Positions 58,583 to 64,000 of a stretch of 64,000 bases of DNA are shown in pieces; the stretch's first letter is position 1; each line of letters opens with the position of its first letter. Source of the stretch: Bacteroidetes bacterium B1(2017) (GTDB lineage: Bacteria > Bacteroidota > Bacteroidia > UKL13-3). The translations under genes were made by a program, and so were the position numbers. The notes beneath the pieces were generated by a model. The model worked only from the letters and a program-made list of their open reading frames with translations. It had not been told where the DNA came from and searched no databases. Location of the stretch: contig NKJG01000002.1 in assembly GCA_002256395.1 (NCBI GenBank), forward strand, positions 502,333 to 566,332. Direction: 5' to 3'.

Positions 58583-60082
58583 ATGATTCAACAAAAACCA
58601 ACATTTAAGCCACACTATGATAACTTCATAGGCGGAAAATTTGTAGCTCCAGTAAAAGGAGAGTACTTTGAAAACATTAGTCCTGTTGATGGAACGGTAA
58701 TTGCTAAAGCAGCACGCTCAACCAAAGAAGACATTGAACTAGCATTAGATGCAGCGCATTTAGCTTTCCCAAGCTGGAGCAAAACCTCTGTAGCCCATCG
58801 TTCGGCGCTTTTAAACAAAATTGCCGATGTAATGCAAGCAAATATAGAATTGCTTGCAGCCATTGAAACTATGGATAATGGAAAACCAATCCGAGAAACC
58901 TTAAATGTTGATTTACCTTTATGCATCGATCATTTTAGATACTTTGCTGGTGTTATACGTGCCGAAGAAAGTACCATATCTGAATTGGATGATACAACGG
59001 TAAGTATAGTTCTTTCTGAACCAATTGGTGTGGTAGGACAAATTATTCCATGGAATTTTCCATTGCTTATGGCAACTTGGAAAATGGCACCCGCTTTAGC
59101 TGCTGGTTGTTGTACAGTTGTAAAACCAGCCGAACAAACACCTACTAGCATTTTATGCCTAATGGAGCTTATTAAAGATATTTTGCCTCCAGGTGTATTG
59201 AATATTGTAACAGGTTTTGGTCCAGAAGCAGGTAAGCCTTTGGCTCAATCCCCACGAATTTCTAAAGTATCGTTTACTGGCGAAACCACAACAGGACGAT
59301 TAATTATGCAATATGCATCTGAAAACTTAATCCCAGTTACGATGGAACTTGGCGGAAAATCGCCAAACATTTTCTTCCCATCTGTTGCCGATGCCGATGA
59401 TGAGTTTTTTGACAAAGCTATTGAAGGCGCTGTATTGTTTGCCGTAAACCAAGGTGAAGTATGTACTTGTCCAAGCCGTATTTTGGTTCACGAAAGCATA
59501 TACGACAAGTTTATGAGCCGTGTTATAGAGCGCACTAAAGCTATTAAAATGGGACATCCATTAGATCCAAGTACCATGATGGGTGCACAAGCAAGCAACG
59601 ACCAATATGAGAAAATTCAAAGCTACCTTAAACTTGGAGTAGAAGAAGGAGCTGAAGTTTTATGTGGTGGTGGCGTTCAAAAATTAGAAGGTGAATTAGC
59701 AAATGGATATTATATTCAACCAACCTTATTTAAAGGACATAACAAAATGCGCATTTTCCAAGAAGAAATTTTTGGACCTGTAGTGTGCGTAACCACATTT
59801 AAAACAACTGAAGAAGCTTTAGAAATTGCAAATGATACCTTATATGGTTTAGGCGCTGGCGTTTGGACACGTGATGCACACGAGTTATATCAAGTTCCTA
59901 GAGCCATTCAGGCTGGTAGGGTTTGGGTAAATTGCTACCATGCATACCCGGCACATGCACCATTTGGAGGATACAAAAAATCTGGATTTGGTAGAGAAAC
60001 CCACAAAATGATGTTGAGCCATTACCGCCAAACTAAAAACATGCTTATTTCTTATAACAAAAACAAATTAGGTTTCTTTTAG
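58583..60082 (+). CDS. NAD(P)-dependent aldehyde dehydrogenase
   Basis: 499 aa. [10 protein letters not shown], catalytic Glu [12 protein letters not shown], catalytic Cys [11 protein letters not shown], and EEIFGPV. Confidence 0.95.
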   Translation: MIQQKPTFKPHYDNFIGGKFVAPVKGEYFENISPVDGTVIAKAARSTKEDIELALDAAHLAFPSWSKTSVAHRSALLNKIADVMQANIELLAAIETMDNGKPIRETLNVDLPLCIDHFRYFAGVIRAEESTISELDDTTVSIVLSEPIGVVGQIIPWNFPLLMATWKMAPALAAGCCTVVKPAEQTPTSILCLMELIKDILPPGVLNIVTGFGPEAGKPLAQSPRISKVSFTGETTTGRLIMQYASENLIPVTMELGGKSPNIFFPSVADADDEFFDKAIEGAVLFAVNQGEVCTCPSRILVHESIYDKFMSRVIERTKAIKMGHPLDPSTMMGAQASNDQYEKIQSYLKLGVEEGAEVLCGGGVQKLEGELANGYYIQPTLFKGHNKMRIFQEEIFGPVVCVTTFKTTEEALEIANDTLYGLGAGVWTRDAHELYQVPRAIQAGRVWVNCYHAYPAHAPFGGYKKSGFGRETHKMMLSHYRQTKNMLISYNKNKLGFF

Positions 60083-60104
60083 CACCTAATACTTCTAATT
60101 CTAG

Positions 60105-60141
60105 ACAGGCAAAGAACAAAGGTTCTTTGCCTGTTATTTTT
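60105..60141 (+). terminator. Strong hairpin plus T-tract between aldehyde dehydrogenase and DUF779 (terminator or attenuator)
   Basis: ACAGGCAAAGAAC-AAAG-GTTCTTTGCCTGT is a perfect 13-bp stem. It is followed by TATTTTT and lies 22 nt after the ALDH stop. Confidence 0.75.
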
Positions 60142-60159
60142 CATGCCAAATAATGCCAT

Positions 60160-60537
60160 ATGCTCCAAGCTAGAGTTGTAATTACACCCGAAGCCTCTGA
60201 AATAGTTGCTCAATTAAAAGAGAAATACGGCCCTCTTATGTTTCATCAAAGTGGAGGCTGCTGCGATGGCTCGCAACCTATGTGTTTTGAAAGAGGAGAT
60301 TTTAAAGTAGGCCACAGCGATGTGTGTTTAGGATGGATTGATGACTGTGCTTTTTGGATGAGCAAAGATCAATTTGAATATTGGAAGTACACCCTCTTAA
60401 CAATTGATATAAGTAAAGGTAGAGGCTCTAGCTTTTCATTAGAAATCCCATTGGGAGTAAGATTCATGACACATTCACGCATGTTTACCGAAGAGGAGTT
60501 AGGCAGATTGGAGCCCCTAACGTATATAGAGGAATAG
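60160..60537 (+). CDS. DUF779 domain protein
   Basis: 125 aa. FHQSGGCCDGSQPMCF, DVCLG, TIDISKGRGSSFSLE. Usual position downstream of an aldehyde dehydrogenase. Confidence 0.85.
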   Translation: MLQARVVITPEASEIVAQLKEKYGPLMFHQSGGCCDGSQPMCFERGDFKVGHSDVCLGWIDDCAFWMSKDQFEYWKYTLLTIDISKGRGSSFSLEIPLGVRFMTHSRMFTEEELGRLEPLTYIEE

Positions 60538-60540
60538 GAT

Positions 60541-61473
60541 TTATACAAAATCCTTGGCGTTTAATTGTTGGTATTGTTTAGGGGTAATTCCTTCGTAATA
60601 CTTAAAGGTTCTGATAAAGTAATTGCAATCCTCAAAGCCTGCCTCAAAGGATACATTTTTAATATACACACTTTGGTCTTTGAGCAAGCGCTTGGCTAAC
60701 TTAATACGCTCCAGAATAATAAATTCAACCGGACTTACACCTACTTCTCTTTTAAACATTCTGTACAAAGAAGCGGTGCTCATACCAACACTTTGAGCCA
60801 AATGTTTTAGATTAACCTTTTCGGATAAATTTTGATGTATAAGCTGAACCGTATTAGCCATATAGGTACTTTTCTCCTTAGGAATTTCAGTACTTACGCT
60901 CTTCAATGTTTGTGTTTGAATAATGCGAACCAAGAGTTCCTGTAAAGCTAAATCTGCCAGGGCATCTTTGCTAATATCGGTACTTTGGCAAATGGTAATA
61001 AGTTTATTAATGGTCTGAGCCAAATCTTGATTGTTATAAAAAAAATAATTGTGCTCATCGAGTTTCCAAAAATTAGATTTCCCTTCTTTAGGGTACTTCT
61101 CATTGAGTAAATCAAGCGTACTAATAATTTTGTGATTATCAATTGCCAAGGCCAAACACTGGGTGGGCTTTTCTTTCTCGGCTTCCGGAAAATCAATTCG
61201 CATGAGCTCATTGGCCGGAATAATAACCGATTCGCCCGGCAGATAATCAAAACCAGGATCATCAAATAAATGCATTACTTTCTTGCCTCTAAGCATAGAA
61301 GTAACAACCAAATCATTAAACTTTAAAGGTACTTGAACCGAACGCTGATAGGTTTCAAATAGATTTAATTCACAATTCTCGAGATTGTAAATGGTTCTAT
61401 TTTCAACCAAGGTCTTCAACGAGTTTTCGTGTGTTAAAGATGGAAGTCCCGGTACAACTTTGTTTTTACTCAT
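60541..61473 (-). CDS. AraC family transcriptional regulator
   Basis: 310 aa. N-terminal cupin-like sensor. C-terminal double HTH (LAQSVGMSTASLYRMFKRE, VSFEAGFEDCNYFIRTFKYYEGITPKQY). Confidence 0.92.
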   Translation of the reverse strand: MSKNKVVPGLPSLTHENSLKTLVENRTIYNLENCELNLFETYQRSVQVPLKFNDLVVTSMLRGKKVMHLFDDPGFDYLPGESVIIPANELMRIDFPEAEKEKPTQCLALAIDNHKIISTLDLLNEKYPKEGKSNFWKLDEHNYFFYNNQDLAQTINKLITICQSTDISKDALADLALQELLVRIIQTQTLKSVSTEIPKEKSTYMANTVQLIHQNLSEKVNLKHLAQSVGMSTASLYRMFKREVGVSPVEFIILERIKLAKRLLKDQSVYIKNVSFEAGFEDCNYFIRTFKYYEGITPKQYQQLNAKDFV

Positions 61474-61576
61474 ATGGTATCTGATTGCTTACAAAAAGGT
61501 TTGGTTCGACCCAAAGCCCATTTACAAAAGCAATTACAAGATAGCCAAAGAAACTAAAAATACAAATTCCCTTACT

Positions 61577-62518
61577 TTACCAATACATCTTGCGCCATTG
61601 CGCTTGCTTGTCGGGGTTTTGGAATGTCCAAGCCAAGAATCTACTGATCTTTTGCCCCTGACTCATCTCCACCAACCTATATTCATAAATAGGCATGCTT
61701 TCTAACTTTTCTTTCAATTCGGGCAAGGTATTTCCCTTCGAAATAAGCGTGGTAAACCATAAACATTGGTTGGCAAATTGCTGGCTCTCCATCATCATAT
61801 ACAACACAAATTGCGTTTCTCCTCCCCTACACCAAAGCTCATGAGAGCTACCCCCAAAATTTAGCACAGGTTTTTCAATAAGCTTTTTTGCAAGGTTACT
61901 TACCTTACGCACTGCTACTGCCCTAGCTTCTTCTTCACTTGCATGAAAAGGCGGATTGCACATAGTAATATCAAAATGCTCGCCCTCTTGAATCATTCCT
62001 TTAAAGTAAAGCGTAGGGCGGATTTGTTTTCTAAGCTTTATCTTTTCGGCTAAATGTGGGTTCTTAGCTAAAATTTCATTTCCATTCTTTAAGGCAACCT
62101 CATCCGTTTCGGTTCCAACAAAGTTCCAATTATAAATGCTTGAACCAATTAGCGGGTAAACTAAATTAGAACCTGTTCCAATATCCAATACTTGCACCTT
62201 AGAGCCAAGCGGACTTCTAGAGCCATATAATTCTTGTAAAATATCGGCAACAGAATGCACATAATCGGCACGACCTGGGATAGGTGGGCATAAATACCCT
62301 TCAGGAATATCCCAACCATCAACCTTATAAAACTGCTTTAACAAAGCTGCATTTAAGCATTTAACCGCTTTTGGGTTGGCAAAATCAATAGATAAATTGC
62401 CATATTTATTAGGACCCACAAACTCTTTTAATGCAGGTAAAGTTATACTCAAAGCGGTAAAATCGTAGCCATTTCTGTGGGCATTACGCGGGTGCAAGTT
62501 TGTTTTTTCGGGTGTCAT
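61577..62518 (-). CDS. rlmF: 23S rRNA (adenine1618-N6)-methyltransferase
   Basis: I prefer the start at MTPEKTNLHPRN (62518). LDIGTGSNLVYPLIG, MCNPPFHAS, ELWCRGGE. Confidence 0.9.
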   Translation of the reverse strand: MTPEKTNLHPRNAHRNGYDFTALSITLPALKEFVGPNKYGNLSIDFANPKAVKCLNAALLKQFYKVDGWDIPEGYLCPPIPGRADYVHSVADILQELYGSRSPLGSKVQVLDIGTGSNLVYPLIGSSIYNWNFVGTETDEVALKNGNEILAKNPHLAEKIKLRKQIRPTLYFKGMIQEGEHFDITMCNPPFHASEEEARAVAVRKVSNLAKKLIEKPVLNFGGSSHELWCRGGETQFVLYMMMESQQFANQCLWFTTLISKGNTLPELKEKLESMPIYEYRLVEMSQGQKISRFLAWTFQNPDKQAQWRKMYW

Positions 62519-62556
62519 TATGCCGCGCAAGATAGGTTTATTCTTGCTGCCAAGGC

Positions 62557-64000
62557 CTATCTCCTAATAACAAAAGTTAGAACCTTACGTGCACCGGTAT
62601 TAGTTTGTATAAACGCTTGATAGGCTCCAGACTCAATAGAACCTAAATCAATAGCAATTTCAGACTGTGGGTTTGGATAGGTTTGTTCAAAAAGTTTAAT
62701 CCCCAACATACTGTGAATTTCAATACCTATAATTTCTCGTTTACCTGAAATCGCACTCACAGTAATTTTACCTGTGCTTGGGTTAGGGAATAGCTTAAAC
62801 TCGGTATTGCTTGTTGTTGAATATTTTAAACCTGTAGGTAAAAACTGAACTCTATTGCTATAGATATGAGAATTTGAAAAACATATCTGAGTAGATAAAG
62901 CTTCTAAAACATACACTTGGCTACTTGTATTTTGAAAGTTATCTGTAAAAGAGTTTATACTTAAAGGAAAAGTCCCTAAACTTTGATAGCCTGATCCCAC
63001 ACTTTTAAATAATTCATAGCCCGTAATGCTTTGATTCCCTTCATAAGGTAACCAACTTAAATTTATGGCATTTCCGGTTTTGCTTGCCGTTAATACAAGA
63101 GCCTTATGCCCCATACTTGCACCCGATTTTAACCCACAACTATCAACAGATTTTAAATAATAATAATAAGCCTGCCCTATAGGTAAGTTAGAACTTACAT
63201 TATCCATCCAAGAAGAAGAATCTGTATACAAAACATTTTTAACCAATACAGGTGTAGCAACACTAGAAGGCGCAGCAAGAATATCAAATGATGCCGTGCC
63301 TTTATCCATGGTTTTATTCCAACTAATTCTATTTTTCCCAGTTATAGTATCCACACTAACCAAACAAATACTTTCATTTTGAAATACTGATTTGCTGTTT
63401 ATTGTTGCCACATCATTCTTGCTACAAAGGTTTGAATCGAGAATTTGAACAGAATAAATACCTGCAGCAAGTCCCGTAATTTTTGAAGTGGTTTTAATTG
63501 GTGTAGTCAACCATTTAGTGGCATAAGGAATTGTTCCGCCGCTAATAATTACTTCGGCTTCACCATTATTTGCTCCTGCACAGGTTTCGTCTTTTGTTTC
63601 CACTTTACTTGATATAGGCAAAGGATTGGAAACGGTAATAGTTTTTGTTTGAACACAATTACTATTATCCTTTACACATGCTACATAGGTTCCAGCAGAT
63701 AAATTAGTAAATCCATTAAAAGTTCCATAGGTACCCAAACTATCTAGTTTAAATAAATATGGACTATTTCCTTTACTAGCAAGAATAGTTACCGCTCCAT
63801 CAAAATAGCCATCACATGTAGGTTTCTTAATACTTTCTGCAATTACCATTGGCACGTATGGCTTAATGGTATCGGTTATACTAAAATAACAAATATTTGC
63901 ATCCAAAACATGAAAAGTATAGGTACCTGGATTAAGATTTGGATAATAGGTTTGAGCACTCCCACCTGGTCCTCCATCGTACCAATATGTATATGGTGGT
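62557..64000 (-). CDS. SprB-repeat/Ig-like cell-surface protein with T9SS type-A C-terminal sorting domain (N-terminus outside the window)
   Basis: The track start at 63906 is a TTG. My hand translation of 63907-63999 continues upstream without a stop (..PPYTYWYDGGPGGSAQTYYPNLNPGTYTFHV-LDANICYF..). SprB-like CDGYFDGAVTI / CAGANNGEAEVI. CTD FKLFPNPSTGKITV...TFVIRR. Confidence 0.85.
   Translation of the reverse strand, partial: PPYTYWYDGGPGGSAQTYYPNLNPGTYTFHVLDANICYFSITDTIKPYVPMVIAESIKKPTCDGYFDGAVTILASKGNSPYLFKLDSLGTYGTFNGFTNLSAGTYVACVKDNSNCVQTKTITVSNPLPISSKVETKDETCAGANNGEAEVIISGGTIPYATKWLTTPIKTTSKITGLAAGIYSVQILDSNLCSKNDVATINSKSVFQNESICLVSVDTITGKNRISWNKTMDKGTASFDILAAPSSVATPVLVKNVLYTDSSSWMDNVSSNLPIGQAYYYYLKSVDSCGLKSGASMGHKALVLTASKTGNAINLSWLPYEGNQSITGYELFKSVGSGYQSLGTFPLSINSFTDNFQNTSSQVYVLEALSTQICFSNSHIYSNRVQFLPTGLKYSTTSNTEFKLFPNPSTGKITVSAISGKREIIGIEIHSMLGIKLFEQTYPNPQSEIAIDLGSIESGAYQAFIQTNTGARKVLTFVIRR

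Noticed and set aside
61499-61519. GGTTCGA, a tRNA T-loop-like string, in the araC/rlmF spacer. The same string occurs inside CDSs at about 20137 and about 34369.
   Set aside because: No acceptor, D or anticodon arms can be drawn around it. On the minus strand, TTTGG-GTCGAA-CCAAA followed by CCTTTTTGT looks like a weak rlmF terminator instead. I see no tRNA in any gap longer than 70 nt.
63850-63864. TGGCAC strings as possible sigma-54 -24 elements: 63850-63855, 37035-37040, and others inside CDSs.
   Set aside because: The downstream GC is at the wrong spacing (TGGCACGTATGGCTT places GC two positions too early) or is absent. All instances are inside coding sequence.
1-64000. Search for CRISPR arrays, IS or transposon ends, integrases, prophage genes, toxin-antitoxin pairs and known defence-system hallmarks (RT, TIR, SIR2, helicase-nuclease pairs).
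   Set aside because: None seen. Every ORF of 100 aa or more is either assignable to a housekeeping, envelope or secreted-protein family, or is a membrane or lipoprotein of unknown function. No regularly spaced direct repeats are visible in any gap.

Overview
This is a gene-dense 64-kb window with about 59 protein-coding genes. The largest non-coding gaps are roughly 170-230 nt. I found no rRNA, tRNA, transposase, integrase, prophage or CRISPR signal. It most likely comes from a low-GC Bacteroidota chromosome. That is an inference from four proteins ending in T9SS C-terminal sorting domains, a b558-type sdhCAB operon, rpsF-rpsR-rplI, TonB and CarboxypepD_reg-type proteins, and many apparent TTG or GTG starts.

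The content is mostly housekeeping:
- Translation: lepA, rpsF-rpsR-rplI, a pseudouridine synthase and rlmF.
- Replication: dnaX and a RarA-like ATPase.
- Folate, pyrimidine and riboflavin metabolism: folD, folC, pyrD and ribE.
- Respiration: sdhCAB.
- Envelope functions: two MacB/FtsX-type permeases, an M23 peptidase, an LpoB-like lipoprotein, RlpA, an S41 protease, a PagL-like protein, an LTA-synthase-like protein and an O-antigen-ligase-like protein.
- Regulators: an orphan sigma-54 activator, an orphan TPR histidine kinase and an AraC regulator.
- Secreted T9SS cargo: an M36 fungalysin-like protease, an ELWxxDGT-repeat protein, a type-B CTD adhesin and a SprB-repeat protein.

I do not see a self-contained novel defence or mobile system. 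The observations I rate highest are:
1. An A10 slippery tract in dnaX at the gamma/tau boundary, with immediate stops in both alternate frames.
2. A tightly coupled minus-strand operon at the left edge: Cys-less HesB-like protein, MacB/FtsX permease, membrane-anchored M23 domain, and a further membrane protein that runs off the window.
3. An LpoB-like lipoprotein paired with a TPR lipoprotein that has a second paralog in the window.
4. A long imperfect hairpin filling the sdhA-sdhB spacer.
5. A DUF502 plus DGGGP-synthase-like UbiA pair coupled to dnaX.

All functional calls come from motif recognition by eye in the supplied translations. Start codons are the least certain part, especially the roughly 10 non-ATG starts.
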